In this document: one piece after another, positions 47,601 through 61,299 of the stretch | Layout of the letters: every line of letters starts with the position of its first letter | Numbering within the stretch: position 1 is the stretch's first letter | Assembly (NCBI GenBank): GCA_036785375.1 | Contig: JAWMAR010000421.1 | Coordinates: 806,001-870,000, forward strand | Reading direction: 5' to 3' | DNA length: 64,000 bases | DNA from: Leucoraja ocellata | Lineage: Eukaryota | Translations under genes and position numbers: made by a program | Notes under the pieces: generated by a model | The model's input: the letters and a program-made list of their open reading frames with translations, nothing else | What the model was told of the DNA's origin: nothing | Database searches by the model: none

Positions 47601-50114
47601 GAGATAATTTCAGCGAGTCTCTTCAGCACCCATCTCTAAACCCGATAGACCTTGAGTCCATCAGTTGAAAGTTTTCTCAAAACTTCCTTCCTGTGCTCAT
47701 TTTTAACAAAGCCCCAAATCCTGTGTTTTTAACCACTTACTTGATGTGCCCAAACATTTGCAGTGAGCTCTGCACATATACTCTAGATCACAATTCTTAG
47801 ATCCCTATTAGAATTGTGCTCTCTAGATCATATTCACCTGTTCATTCTTTATTTTCCGTCAATTTACTAATTTCCATGTTGCTACAGACTCTTTAACCAA
47901 TCTCTGCAAGAATGCTTTTTAGGAATCAATACCTACATCAACAACATTTCCTTCATCAATCCCGCTTTATTCCTTATCAAAGAGTCAGTCCAGTAATTTA
48001 AACAAAATTAATCTTTTACAGATCCATACTGCCTTTCTTTAATCAATTATAGTTTCCCAGTTAGTGGTAATTCTGTCCAAGACTTGATCCAAGGACTTGC
48101 TCCATCACTGTGGATAAACTGTCTGGAGTGTAGTTTTGGGGTTGATCCCTATACTTTGGTCAAGGGAAAATAAAATGTTGTAGGATTCTTAACTTTTAGA
48201 AGATGACAGTGAAGAGGGGAGAGGTGGTCCAGATTTTAAACAAAAGGCTAAAGTTACAGAGAGGAATCTGCAGAGCTCAGGAGATCAAGATGTCAGATCC
48301 ATGGGTTTTGAAGGAGTGGTCCACAGATCTCAATTTGTTGTCAACTTCCAAAAAGATCCTCAGGTTGTTGAATAGATCACACAGATTAGACTGTGGCTAA
48401 TGTAATCTCACCATTTAGGAGGAGATGGAATTGAAAACATGAAGAACTGCAGACCAGTTTACTTTATCACAGTACAGGGAAGATGTTTGTTTAAAGTAGG
48501 AGTGCCAGTAATAAGATTGGAACAGGATCAGTATGGATTGATGAAAGGGAAATCTTGTTCAATAAATCTTTTGATGTTGAACCTTTGACAATTAACCACA
48601 CACGGGATTACTAACATAACTAGAATGCACAGCAGTGGGGATTAGTTGGTGTGGACGGAGGATTGGTATTGGATTGAAAACAAGGAGTAGGAATATCTAG
48701 ACTGCTTGTAGACTGGGGATCTGTGACCAGTTGTGTACGGATAAGAGAACCCCAGCCATTCACAATCTGTATCCACAGCTGATGCTCACACAATACAAAG
48801 AACCACAAAGCTTTACATGTGTGGACTGCACGTTAGTGAACCAACAAATCCTGAAACATGGCACCTGGCTAGCCATGGAATTGGCATAGCCAGGAAGTCA
48901 GAGCTGCTGAAGTTTGTCATGTCAGCACACCAAGATCCGTATGGTCTTGGGCCAGGTTTGAATACTCAGTCCGGCACCATCCTGAGCTCAAGTTCAATGA
49001 AGTTTGGGAATTGTTGGGGCCAGCTGTACAGACCAATGTCCAGCACAACGTCCCAGTGTAGAGACACTGTCCAGTCCACATGACCACTTTCCTGACAGAT
49101 GCCTGCACAATGTTCATAGGTCTGGAGGTAATGATCTCAGGGTGGAGGGCCCAGTCTAGGTTGGATGCAGAGGGTGGTATCTGAGCTCCAGCAGGCTCAC
49201 AGATGGAGGTCGAATGAAATCCCATCCCCATGTCTGATCTCCAACTCCTGCAGATGTTCACAAGGAAGTTGCGTGTTTGTGCTTTCACTGCCCATTCTCT
49301 CAAAGAAACAGATCCTTTCCTTTGCTGCTCTAAATGAGAGATTGATAAAGAACATGCGTAAAGTCCGAGTTTATCACAGAATGAGCGTTAAGTATTCTGT
49401 ATCCTTGAAGGAGAAAGATAAGTCCGGAAACTTCAGAAGCACAGAGCAATGATGAACACTACCCCTCCCGTATCAACCACCCATCATCCCTCTACCATCG
49501 ACCACTCATTATGTCTCCCCCCATCCAAGCCCGTCGTCCCTCAAACACCCACCCATCAAACCTCTATCTGCATCTATCACCCCCTCTACCAATAACCATA
49601 CTTCACCCTTCCCATCAACCAGTCATCACCCCTCCACCAGCAGAAGCACATCACCCTCTCCCCATCAACCATACTTCATTCTTCCCCATCAAAGCCTCAT
49701 CACAGCAACCCACCTATCATCCTCCCCATCACCCCATTCCCATCAAAGCTCCCTTCCCCCAGCCTCAGTGTTTCATCACATGCCCCCACATACACCCCAT
49801 TTCCACACAAAGCTCTTCACCAGCTAAACACCCTGCTCATATTCCCACATTTCCCTTAAAAACCCAACTGCTGTCTTATCACCTCTCCCTCTCCTTTCAC
49901 CTAGGGGCCCAAACTGCCTCCCAAGGTAAGCAGTGATTTATTTGCACTTCTTCCAGTAGTGAACTGTATGCACATGGGCATTTTAGCAGATGATTGAAAA
50001 ATCGGAAGCTTGAAGGCTCCAGCTTCCACAGGGGTTCAGGGTGGAACTTGTGTTAAGTGTTAGCCGAGTCACTCATGGTGATTTCAGAATCTTCTCCCTC
50101 TCTTTTGTTTGCAG

Positions 50115-50201
50115 TGAAGTTTATACAGAAGGCTGAAGTAATGAACAATATGGCCAATGGAAATGGAAGCCCGAAAGAAGAACGACAAACAAAAATGAAA
50201 G
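50115..50201 (+). CDS. SLC24A1: SLC24A1 exon, 87 nt
   Basis: ttttgtttgcag|TG AAG TTT...AAA G|gtgaga; VKFIQKAEVMNNMANGNGSPKEERQTKMK; phase 1-1. Confidence 0.85.
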
Positions 50202-50686
50202 GTGAGACCCAGAAATGCCAGTGAGTGGATAACAAGGCAGTAGAGGAAGGAATGGCGTCACCATCGGTGGGTCCAAGCACTGTCTTCTTGCTTGGCCAAA
50301 ACTGAGTTTCAGTTGAGGAATAAAAGGAAGGGTTACATCGCAGATATCCCAGGACAGGCGGCAGTTTATTATTGACCACTAGAGTCATTATCTTCCCCAG
50401 TCTGCCACCTGCCCCTAGTACAACCAGTCTGCTTCCATTTGGTCCACTAATCTGGCTCGGGGAAAGCTGAGTTCAGCTATCTAGTGATGTTATGTCCTGT
50501 TCTAAACTTGCCGACCGCTTTACCCAACACGTGTTCTGCCTGATAGGGCCAGATGGAGAACCCAGTCGCTGTCCACTTGAATTTGGCGCAGATGCTGGAA
50601 CAGGTAGCAAAAAAAGGAGAGTAGCTGGAGGTCAGGCAACATTTGTGAAGGGACTGGACCGTCTTTTCATTTTTAGTATTTATTTA

Positions 50687-51910
50687 TCTATATTACTAAA
50701 AGTCTGATCTTGACCACTTCCTGTTGTTCTGTATATCGATTTTAGAAAAAACGCTGCTGCTTACGGCTGTGATTTTTGGCCATCTTACTCAGAGTCCCCC
50801 TCCGTTGCGCAGGACAAGAGGATTTTTCCCATCTATGAAAAATAAAAGTGTTATTAGTGTTTAAAAAATGTTGAGATTCTCTCTCCTGAAGGCCATGCCC
50901 CTTCTGGAAGGACTATAAAACCCGGATGTGAGTGCCTCAGTCAGTCTCTGCAAGATGGGGGAGCGAGAGGGTCACATCTCTCAGTCTATGCTGTGAATAA
51001 CACTAAACACATGTCTACTAAACTGTGAGTGGTTTTACTGACCCATCAGTGCCCTTAATGTGGTTTGAAAATATCGCTAAAGCTGTGTTGCCTTTGGTTT
51101 GGAAATGCTAAAGCTGTGTTGCCTAAGATTTGGAAATGCTAATTAAAGTTGCCTTGCCTAATTAAAGTTGCCTTGCCTAATTAAAGTTGCCTTGCCTTCG
51201 ATATAATTAAAAGTCTAATCTTGACCATTTCCTGTTTGCGCTTTATATTGATTTTAGAAAAAACGCTGCCACTTACAGCTGTGATTTTTGGCCATCTTAC
51301 TCAGAAGTCCTCCTCCGCTGTGCAGGACAAGAGTATTTTTCCCATCGATGAAAAATAAAAGAGTTATTAGTGTTTAAAAAACGTTGAGATTCTCTCTCCT
51401 GTCAATCACGCCATGAAGGGCACGCCCCTTCTGGTGGGAGGGGAAGGGACTATAAAACCCAGAAATGTGGGCGTGGCTCAGTCTCTGCTAGATGGAGGAG
51501 GGAGAGGTCACGACTCGCTGTCTTTAGTGGCCTTGCACCCTGCTTGAAGTGGTAAGAAACTGCACTTGAATTTGGTGGCCTTGCACCCTGCTTGAAATGG
51601 AATTTCAAGGAATAGCAGTGAGTCAACTGCCAGCCCACCAGTCGTGAGTGAGTTGCCAGCACAACAGGCTTGAGTGACTGAGCCGCCAGCCCAAGAATCC
51701 ATTCGGCCATACTAGAATACAATGTCCATACTAGCCCTCTGGAAACCAGTCCCTTCAGTCCACAACACCCATACTTGCGTTCCAGAAAGCTCCCCCCCCC
51801 TCCACCCTCACTTGCCATCAATATTGGAATTGGTGGAGAGGTGGTATATTGCGTTGGGGGACCAGCCCTCCCGTGTGATGCTGGGACCCAACGGGTCCCA
51901 CTTAGTCTAG
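50687..51910 (+). mobile_element. Non-autonomous composite Helitron
   Basis: 5' A|TCTATATTACTAAAAG; 3' hairpin TGGGACCC-AAC-GGGTCCCA (51882-51900) then CTTAGTCTAG|T; second copy of the 5' segment from ~51198; internal 19-bp repeats. Confidence 0.85.
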
Positions 51911-52026
51911 TTGTATTTAAATGTTGCAAGTATTGAACCAGAATAGAACTTTCCACCTGAAATAAGGTTCCATTTCCTAACATGCAGAGGGCTGCAGGCT
52001 TGAAGCTCCCACACTTTATGTTTCAG

Positions 52027-52139
52027 ATGGAGAGACAGAGGAGAGGACAGATCTCCCGAACACGGTGAATGTCCCAACTGACCCGCCAGCCACATCACCA
52101 CCCGAAACTAATGATGATGCCAATACTAACCAGGACCCA
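52027..52139 (+). CDS. SLC24A1: SLC24A1 exon, 113 nt (cytosolic loop)
   Basis: tgtttcag|AT GGA GAG...GAC CCA|gtacgt; open, and phase 1 to 0 is exactly what is needed to join the flanking exons. Confidence 0.78.
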
Positions 52140-53211
52140 GTACGTGATCCCAAAGGTTCCACAAAGATGCTTGTTCCTTTTCTCTGTTGGGTTCAATGGC
52201 TAGCAGGCAGGAGGGTGAGGGTGGTGCTACTGGGTCAGGTTCAGTGTTAATTGGCTACTGTATCCTCTGAGATACAGGCTCTGGGGCTTCAGTCCAGCAC
52301 CAAAACTCTTTCAGTGTAGGCTTTGCTTGAGCGAACGCTGATACTCTGGGTGAAGTTTTACAATTTTTTAAGGGAATTGTGTAAAGCTGGTTGAGGATAT
52401 TACAAGGAAAAATCAGATGGAAAACAACATTGGGATGATTTGATTGAGAGACAAGCAGCATTCTATGGATGCTGCTAAGTTGAGTTCAGGGACATATTGA
52501 CAATTCATCTCGACTTCCACTTGTCTAGCATGGATTCCATCTTATGGATGAGTTTGTTGAAGAAATGACAGACTCACATGGGTTGATGTTGGCGATTTGT
52601 CTCTGAGCACTTTCAGACATGTTTTGATAAAATGCCACATCATAACCCAAAAGAATCATGAGAGTTTGAAGGAGCATTGGCTGTGTGGAACTACATAATG
52701 TCATTGGGACAGAAAACAAAGAGCAATGGTGAAATGTTATTTCTCAGGATGGAGGGAAGATTGTGGGGGTAATTTCCCAGGATGGGGATACTGAACCATT
52801 GTTCTCTGCGACACGTTAGCAACCCAGAGTTTGGTACATCAGTCTTCATTTCAAACTGTGCAGAGAAGCTATAAACAGTGAAGCTATTGGAACTTCAAGA
52901 GAATGATGATTGGTTGAAGTAGATGCACTATAATGCATAGAATTGTAAGAGTCACTCAGATATCCCATATGGATGTGGTGTTTTACCTTGTTTCTGAATA
53001 ACATGGGTTTGACCTTATTAAGAACATTGTTATAGCTTTGAACAGTGAATTCAGTTCCTGGCATTGGAGGACCATACTCTTTCAGAACATTTTTGCACTG
53101 CGCTTTGTATTACTGATGTTTATCCCTGGCATATTTCACAGCAGTTTCAATGTGCAGTGAATGCCTTGAATTAATTTCTGTAAGTCTGATGCTCAGTCAT
53201 TTCCCCATTAG

Positions 53212-53466
53212 AAAGAATCAGACAGCAAGGGTGAAGATGATGGAGGTCGAGGTGGTGATGGAGGTTCTGATGGTAACGATGACGATGAGAGCGATGACAG
53301 CGATGAAGATTCTGATGACGAAGATGAGGAGGATGAGGAGGAATCCGATGCTGAAGAACCTTTAAGTCTCGAATGGCCAGAAACACGACGGAAACAGGTC
53401 ACGTACCTGTGTCTTCTCCCCATTGTGTTTCCACTCTGGCTCACAGTGCCTGACGTCAGAAACCCA
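53212..53466 (+). CDS. SLC24A1: SLC24A1 exon, 255 nt (acidic tract and EPLSLEWP)
   Basis: ccccattag|AAA GAA...CCA|gtaagt; D/E-rich run then EEPLSLEWPETRRKQVTYLCLLPIVFPLWLTVPDVRNP. Confidence 0.95.
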
Positions 53467-53699
53467 GTAAGTGAGGCAGTATTGCAAAAAGATTAGTTAT
53501 TAGCAATGAGCATGTGTCACGCCCGAAGACTGATCATTTCTTAACCAAGAATCTATGAACATGAATAACATGATCACTCTGTGCTTTCTATGCAGACAAA
53601 TTCCTTTGCTTTGTTTGCCTGCCCCAAAGGTTTATGTTATATTTCCTAAAAAATGTAAAAGGGATACTGGTAAGGTGTCTTTATCTTTTTTTTTTACAG

Positions 53700-53789
53700 G
53701 CTTCAAAGAAATACTTTTTTGGTACTTTCATTGGATCTATTCTGTGGATCGGTGCATTTTCATACTTGATGGTGTACCTGGCTCACCAG
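53700..53789 (+). CDS. SLC24A1: SLC24A1 exon, 90 nt
   Basis: ttttacag|GCT...CAC CAG|gtaggt; SKKYFFGTFIGSILWIGAFSYLMVYLAHQ. Confidence 0.95.
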
Positions 53790-54908
53790 GTAGGTACGTG
53801 TACCTGATCCCACGTGGGCTCAATCCATGTCTGTGTCAACTGCAGAAAGAATATTAAACCCAGGATGCGCAGCTTTAAGTCATGAAACTCTTAAATAAAT
53901 CAAAGAAGCACAAATCTGGCATTGCAGATGTTATTCTTCAGATAGAATACCAATAAACAGCTCAGGACAGTCACCTTAGTGGATTACTAAGCATTTAAAG
54001 TGATAAAACTGACACCACTTCATACATAGAAAACAGTTTATACAAATTCAAATAAATTTTCAAACCACTGATCTCATTGTGAGATGTAACACTGCTGCAA
54101 TTAAGCTTGAAGTAGCATCAAAACTAGATGTGTGTGTGACTAAATCTTCTCATTAGATCATAAATCTTACCCGGGCCAACATCTGAGAAAGTGTACATTT
54201 CAAAAAAAAAACCTGAATGGGAAAAATGATTTGATTCTAGCCTGGATGAAGGGGAGATGGTTGCCACAGAATTTGCCTTAAATGGTTGAGTTGGATAAAT
54301 GAGAAAGACTTCAGCACCTTCCAGGTACTTCATAAAGTTTTCTCCTTTTAATGAAAACGCAGACTGTCTGGGTCAGAGTTTGCATGGTGCAATGCTCTTT
54401 GGGATACAATCCAGGAAGGTGCTGACTGGCCGTGGGGTAAAAAAGCTGGACATGGTCAATGTGGATCTGCAGCAGGCTAGCACCATGTTCAAGTGACTAT
54501 TTCTGTGATGACTCCCAGACATATTGAATGTTGAAGGCATGCTTTCTGACCCACTTCCTGCTGTTGATATATCTTCCAAAGACAAACAAAGGAACAGTTA
54601 ATGGCCATTTTCTAGCATCACCAGTGGCAGAAAGATCATGTTTTAATGTAAACCTCTGTTCACCTGCAAGTAGCTAATTCAAACCCAGGGTCCAGCAGGC
54701 AGCCTCTTTCTATAGCTAGCTAGGCTATAGTTGTCCTCAATGTTGACCTGATCAGTGATCTAAGAGCAAACATTCAGCAGTTCAGGCAGCATCTAACTAG
54801 AAACAGTTAACTTTTCAGATCAATAATATTTAATGAGTTCTGGGATCCTGTTATTTTAAAACAGACTTTTGGAGCATTGGTATCACAACTATTTCCTTTC
54901 TCACTCAG

Positions 54909-55075
54909 GTTGGTGAAACAATTGGCATTTCCGAAGAGATAATGGGTTTGACTATCCTTGCCGCAGGCACCTCCATCCCTGACCTCATTACTAGTGTTAT
55001 AGTCGCTCGAAAAGGTCTTGGGGACATGGCAGTGTCCAGCTCAGTGGGAAGCAACATCTTTGACATCACAGTTGG
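54909..55075 (+). CDS. SLC24A1: SLC24A1 exon, 167 nt (alpha-2 repeat)
   Basis: [56 protein letters not shown]; canonical splice sites. Confidence 0.97.
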
Positions 55076-55478
55076 GTAAGAATCACTCTCAAGCCTTGGC
55101 GAAGGTGAATTTCAGCTGAAGGATGATGTCTCACATTTCTTGATTTCTGCAGACCATCTGTAAAAATTCAGGCCCACACCTCCAAAGCATAACATTCAAA
55201 ATTTCCTTCTAACTTCAGAATAACTTGCCTTACTGACAGATTGTGGGCTCTAATGAATGAAGACAATTAGGCAGATCCTTTCGTGGTGTACCGAGGGAGA
55301 GCTTCACATTTGATGGCTGTTTTCTGATGAGATGTTTTCATTTAAGAACTCACCTTTGTCCTCAACCCGATTAGTTTCAAACAGATTTAAATTTTCACTG
55401 GTTATCCTCTTGCCTTAAGATGATAAAAATTGTTTGGGGATTTTCCCAAAGCTTTATCCAACTATTGATATCTCTTGG

Positions 55479-55571
55479 GTAGACACAAAATGCTGGAGTA
55501 ACTCAGCGGGACAGGCAGCATCTCTGGAGAGAAGGAATGGGTGACATTTCAGGTCAAGACCCTTCTTCAGA
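55479..55571 (-). mobile_element. Short Penelope-type element with hammerhead-like motif (55570-55539)
   Basis: Minus strand reads ctgaagaagggtcttgacctgaaatgtcaccc. Confidence 0.55.
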
Positions 55572-56578
55572 TATCTTTCAATATCTCTTGACATCCATGA
55601 TTCGATGGGAATGACGTTCTGGCCTTTCATCCTTATGGAAACATATTAGCCTTGTTATCTTGCTATTACACATTTAAATGACTCGCACATTGGAAGTAGA
55701 CTAAGCTGCAAGGAGCTGCTCCTAGTCTACTTTGCCCAGGTCCTGCATTATGTTATTGAAATTTCCCACTACTGTAATCTTATTCCTGTTACACCTTTTT
55801 ACGATTTGTCTTGTTATCTGTTCCTCTCTGTCCTGGTGACTATTAGACCTGTTGTATACCCCATCAAAGTGATCACATCCTTTTTGTTGTTATAAGCTCT
55901 ACCCATATGGCCTCATTTGAAGAGCCTTTTAAGACATCCTCCCTCATCACAACAGTAATAGATTATTTAATCAATCTTGCAAAACCACCTCTATTCCATC
56001 CTCCTTTGTCATGCCTGAAGATTCTATACCCTGGAACATTGAGCTACCATTCCTAGCTTTCTACCATAACCCATTCAAGGGTGTAGGCCTTACCTTCCCC
56101 CAGAAATGGTCCCAGTAATCCAGAAATCTAGAATTGTCCTTTGTATCGCTTTTAGCTACTCGTGCATCTGACCCATCCTCACAATTATGAGGCACCAATG
56201 GTAGGTTAAAAAGATTGGTGTTGATCAAGTGGATAGATATGCAGAATAGGGTATTCTCAGAGAAATGACAGTGCTGAGGCAATTGAACGCAGGATGAGAA
56301 TACTAAATTCCAACCATTTTGCCTCATCTGTCATAGTCCCCTTTCTCCAACACTCCAAGGACCGGTAAATGTTATTTTGTCTGTGCACTTATATCAGTGA
56401 GTAACCAGTCTGGGGAAGCAGGTATACGTCAAACTCAGCCAAATGACTGCCTGTCCTTGCCTCCAGTTATCTTCACTCCGTGTGTACAACCATGTCCACT
56501 GGGCACCCGCCAATCAATGCTGGTGGGTAGAAGTCACCAGATGCACCTTTTAACTTACTTTGATTTTCTCTGTTGCAG

Positions 56579-56828
56579 GCTTCCAGTGCCCTGGTTATTA
56601 TATGCGATGTTTAACGATTTCCAACCAGTTGCAGTCAGCAGTAACGGCCTGTTCTGTGCCATCGTACTTCTCTTTCTGATGCTGCTGTTTGTGATCATTT
56701 CCATTGGCGTCTCCAAGTGGAAGATGAACAAAGCGTTGGGCTTCACCATGTTTTGCCTCTACTTCTCATTCTTAATTATCAGTGTAATGTTAGAGGACAG
56801 GATCATTGCGTGCCCAGTGTCCATATAA
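56579..56828 (+). CDS. SLC24A1: SLC24A1 last coding exon
   Basis: tgttgcag|G CTT CCA GTG CCC TGG; VSSNGLFCAIVLLFLMLLF...KWKMNKALG...LEDRIIACPVSI*. Confidence 0.97.
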
Positions 56829-57731
56829 ACTCTGACTTTCTACCCAGACGTGACAGAGGGAACTACTGAGGAGAGGGTCCGCTGCAACGTAACTGGTTGT
56901 CAACATGAAGGTGGCAAGTTACGGAGATATTCAAAAGCACCAACCTCAACCGTACCCAGATTTACATTTTACTATTGTTGCTTTGACATTGACAAATTTA
57001 GTCCACTACTGAGGGAGTTTGCTGAACATGGAGGCAGTTGGCAACAATTGTAAACAGGAGGAGAAAGATAACAAGTTATCAATCCCTGTTGTCTTGTACT
57101 AGGAGATACAGAGCAGTTTTGTCACTTTCCAAACTAGATGTGATTAATGGTTATGAAATGTTCATTATGACATAACCTCAATGTACATTGTCACGTTATG
57201 ATTTTATATATACCAGTAATAAGGCACAGAATCAGCATCAAACTCAGACCAATCGGGCAACACTTTGGTAACAATTGTTGCCTAATTGTTAGGCAACAAT
57301 TGCCTAATTGTTAAGTATTACAATTAAGTAACAATTTGAAAAAAATGTTGTCAAAACATCATCGAAAAGATTGAAAGAACTTCAGCTTTGACTGTGTCAT
57401 GAAGCAAACCAGTCCCCCCCCCCCCCCCTCCCAAGTGGGACAACATATTCTACATTTTTCCAAGGCTTTTTAGTTAATGCAATATCTTTTAAACAAATCA
57501 GTATTGTTTTAGAAAGAGGAGGCTCAAAGACATCACAAGAGGTGAGAGACACGCAGTAACCATTGAGTGTGTACTCCAATAACCTCAGCTATGAATAGTT
57601 ATAAAGGCAGAACTCATAGGTTCTAGGATCTCCGATCCAATACTGGCCGCCTGCAAGCAAAGCACCTCTTACACAGCCATCTCAATATTTCATGCCACTA
57701 TCTGCATCATACAAAATTGTCAATGTGTAGC

Positions 57732-57737
57732 AATAAA
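57732..57737 (+). terminator. Candidate SLC24A1 polyadenylation signal
   Basis: AATAAA ~900 nt after the stop; other candidates exist further downstream. Confidence 0.3.
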
Positions 57738-57891
57738 CACAGCATAGAAGCAAATATTTTTGCCAACCAACTAAGTTGGTTATTGATGCAAAAGTGACAA
57801 CAAACTTTTTTTTCCTATTAGGATTTTGTCACTTGAGATAGGTGTCCTTGAGTCTAATTTCGTATTTTAAACCAGAATGGAGGGTGTCAAA

Positions 57892-57951
57892 GATGAAAAT
57901 ACAGTGTAGAAATGGAGGTGATGAAAATACAGTGTAGAAATGGAGGTGATG
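57892..57951. repeat. 28-bp tandem duplication
   Basis: gatgaaaatacagtgtagaaatggaggt x2. Confidence 0.85.
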
Positions 57952-60900
57952 ACAACAGACTGGTGCTCCTCCATTCTCACAAATCTGATTAAAGATAAAT
58001 ATTTTCTTATACCAGGTGCCAAAGGCCGATTCCCTGATGGGAATCACTTTTGCTAAATGCCCTCCAAATTGGATCTCAAATTATACAATTTCTTCTAAAA
58101 AGTTCCATCAAGCAAATAAATAATTAATTGAACAGAGATTATCTCATTATACAAGGACTCACAAGTTATTTTGAAATTTAAACACAAACTATTTTCATAT
58201 AGAAAATTAAAGATTGTTTAAAATTATTTTATCCTGACTTTTCGTTTGGATAAATTAAACACTAATCTGTATTACTGTAGAATGCTTCAGATATCATATT
58301 GCTCTGTTTCACAGTATGCCTCACATAAACTAGAACAGAGGAACAGAATCCATTCAGCCCCTCGAGAGCATTCTGCCATTTAGTAGTCAATGACGAACTA
58401 TACCTCAAATCCTTTGACACCATAAGCAACAACCCGTATTTGGGGAATTCCATACTTTCCCTTCATCATCCCACTGCTATATGGCCCTGTTCTCATTTTT
58501 GTTTGATTTATGCACTTGAAACAGCTTGTTTTGAATTCTTTATACTAATATAATTGCAATGGAGATGTGGCCATTGATAATGCTTTTTGCTGCAGAGGAT
58601 GAGTTTACTCTGGCATTCTGAGCAATAATCAGCGAAACTAATTAGGTGGTTGTACACTGAGAAATATTGAGCTTTCCATGGATTCTAGGAGGGGAGAAAA
58701 CTTCCTCAAATTTGCTCCATGCTTTTAACAGCATAAAGGTAACAGAAAAAAAAGTCAATGCTCTCTGTAGATACAGATATTGTAGAAATATTCTGAAATG
58801 TAACATGTTTATTGACATTCTAAACTAAAGGTCGTGGTAGTCGGTCGATTTGATGAGGGGACGGTGGTAGTCAGGGCTATACAGTTCTTCCAGACTGTAT
58901 TATGTTGGGAGAGCCAAGAGAGAATATAAATAAAAAAGTAAGTATACTGGTCGGCACTTTGGAGTTACTGAGCTAAAGAAAATCTCAGAACTATCAGATG
59001 TTGGAATCTTGAGCAAAATAAAGTGCTAGAGGAACTCAGCGGATCAGGCAGCATCTGTGGAGGGAATGGATAGATGACACTTTGGGTTGGGACGAAAAAG
59101 CAAAAAAATGCAGTGCCCCAACCACTTGATCTGTTTCACGAAACGGAAGGAGAAGCTGGATTTTAAAATTTATATGTGTGTAATAATTAAGCTCAATGTA
59201 CAGCTTTTTCCTAAGATTTCACACGCATTCAAAACGCTACACATACTGTATTGTGTAGAAGATGGTTAGGTGGTCTGAAGAAGATTGCCAGAATGACTGG
59301 GATATATTCTTGGAATAAAACATTTGATATATGAAAAAGATTGATTATACCATTGATAACATCTATGGCAATATCAGATAATAAACCTATTTTTAAATAA
59401 GTGGTGATGATTGCCTCAAGATACCATTTTGTGATTACTCAGTGAACACATGACAGTTGTCATAAAATTATATACGGTATATATTAAAAAATAATGTTTT
59501 ATAGAAACACGTGTTAAAGACAATTGTGTCAATGGAGGGAGGGGTGAGGGGCTAGCCTATTGTCAGGGTCACAATAACAAAGTTATTTTTTTTGCAGGAT
59601 TTTCACCAATCATCTCTTCAATAGCAATAAGGGTTTATTTTTGTAATTGCCAGCTAGAAATACTAAAGACTGTATGCAACATTTTTTAACAGAGAGTGTC
59701 AATAGAAGTGATTGCCTGTCAATTTCAATGGCCTCCCACAGTTAACGTAGCAGTTATGTTCTTGAGAGAATGGCGTCTGATTACTGTGGGGAGATTACAT
59801 GGAAACAGGTTATTTATCCCAATACTTTTTAAATCCAAGGCAACATTTTCAAGCTTGTTGATTTCCAAAGTAGCTTTTAAATGGCTCTCGAATTCCCAAT
59901 TGAAATTATGTTCTAACCAATTCAGCCCCCTGTAATGCAAATATTTTCCCTAATTCATCACTCGTTATATCTAATTTGTGTTATGGAAACGTGCTTTACA
60001 ACAGACCTACCTGTACTCAGCAGTCAGGCATCATCTGTGGAAAAAGAGGTAGAGTTAATGTTTCAGGTTTGATGATTTACATCAGTACCAGAAGTACCAC
60101 CTAGCTAGTGCCATTTCTGACTGATGGGATGGAGTGCACTTGCGCACTCTTCATGGAAGTTGCCCTGACCTGACGATCATCTCTAGCAATCTGTTTTTAT
60201 TTCAGTTTTCCCATATTTGCAGGTTTCAACTTTCAAACACGCATGGATCTCCAATAATGTTCCATATTGGGGTGATGCATTTGAGGAGAACTAACTTAAA
60301 CAAATTTGACTTTAAAATGGAAACTGAATTATATTCACACTTATACCAGAACTATTCCACAAGAACATGTCATACCATTCAGTTCTTTAGATTTGAAACT
60401 ATAACAACTTAACTTTGGGTGAAGTTCAATTCATCTTGTTTGTTTTCAACATAAATTGACATAGAAATTTAAAACAGGAACGCTAGTGCCATGTGCGTAC
60501 AAACAAAGGGTATTTAATGCAAAGATAAACGCAAAGTGAACTCAACATTCTCAAAAAATGTTGATTTTTTTCATTACACCACAGTTAAATAGGTAGTAAG
60601 TACTTACAATCCCTAAAAGATTCTCTGGAGCACACTTAGCCCCGAGCAATCTTTGGAAAGAGAAACAGAGTTAAAGTTGTAGGTTGATTTGAAATGTTAG
60701 CTTTGTTTTTTCTTCCCACATCTAACTGGCTGAGTATTTCCAGAATTGTCTTTATTTTAGAGTTCCAGCATTTGAGTTTTATTTAATTTTATGAACAATC
60801 TTTACTTGTACCTTTGACTAATTCTGTTATTTCTTGTTTGGACCCCTTCCAGTCCATTAGTGCCATATCCATATTATCAGTCAGCACCTCGAGTACATTT

Positions 60901-61299
60901 GTCAGCTTCATACACTGCGACTGCAATGCTTTTTAAGCAGGGCTTGCGGCCTCAGCGGGCACAAGTAGAACTGAAGACATCAGTGCAATTAAACAGTTTC
61001 AAGTCTAATGCATCTTGGAATCGTTGTCCTGTGGTCTTTATCTTTGCAGGCATTACATCAGAATAATTTTTATTTCCAGCTGCAGAAAGGATTACTTATT
61101 CCTTTACAATTATTTTATCAAAGCATCAGCATAGCAAGGATGGGTAAAATAATTTAAATAATGAAGGCCCTTCATGGATTGAATGGCATTAAAATAAGTC
61201 AACTTAAAACTAAGTGAGTAGCCTATGTGTTAAAAAAGGGTGATTTAACAATACAGAAATGAAGCAATGCTTAGAAACTTGAGTCACTGAGATTTTATA

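Noticed and set aside
60950-61090. Possible minus-strand terminal exon of a downstream gene (also ~62860-63045)
   Set aside because: Short open frames with plausible acceptors but no recognisable protein similarity; cannot be supported without RNA data.
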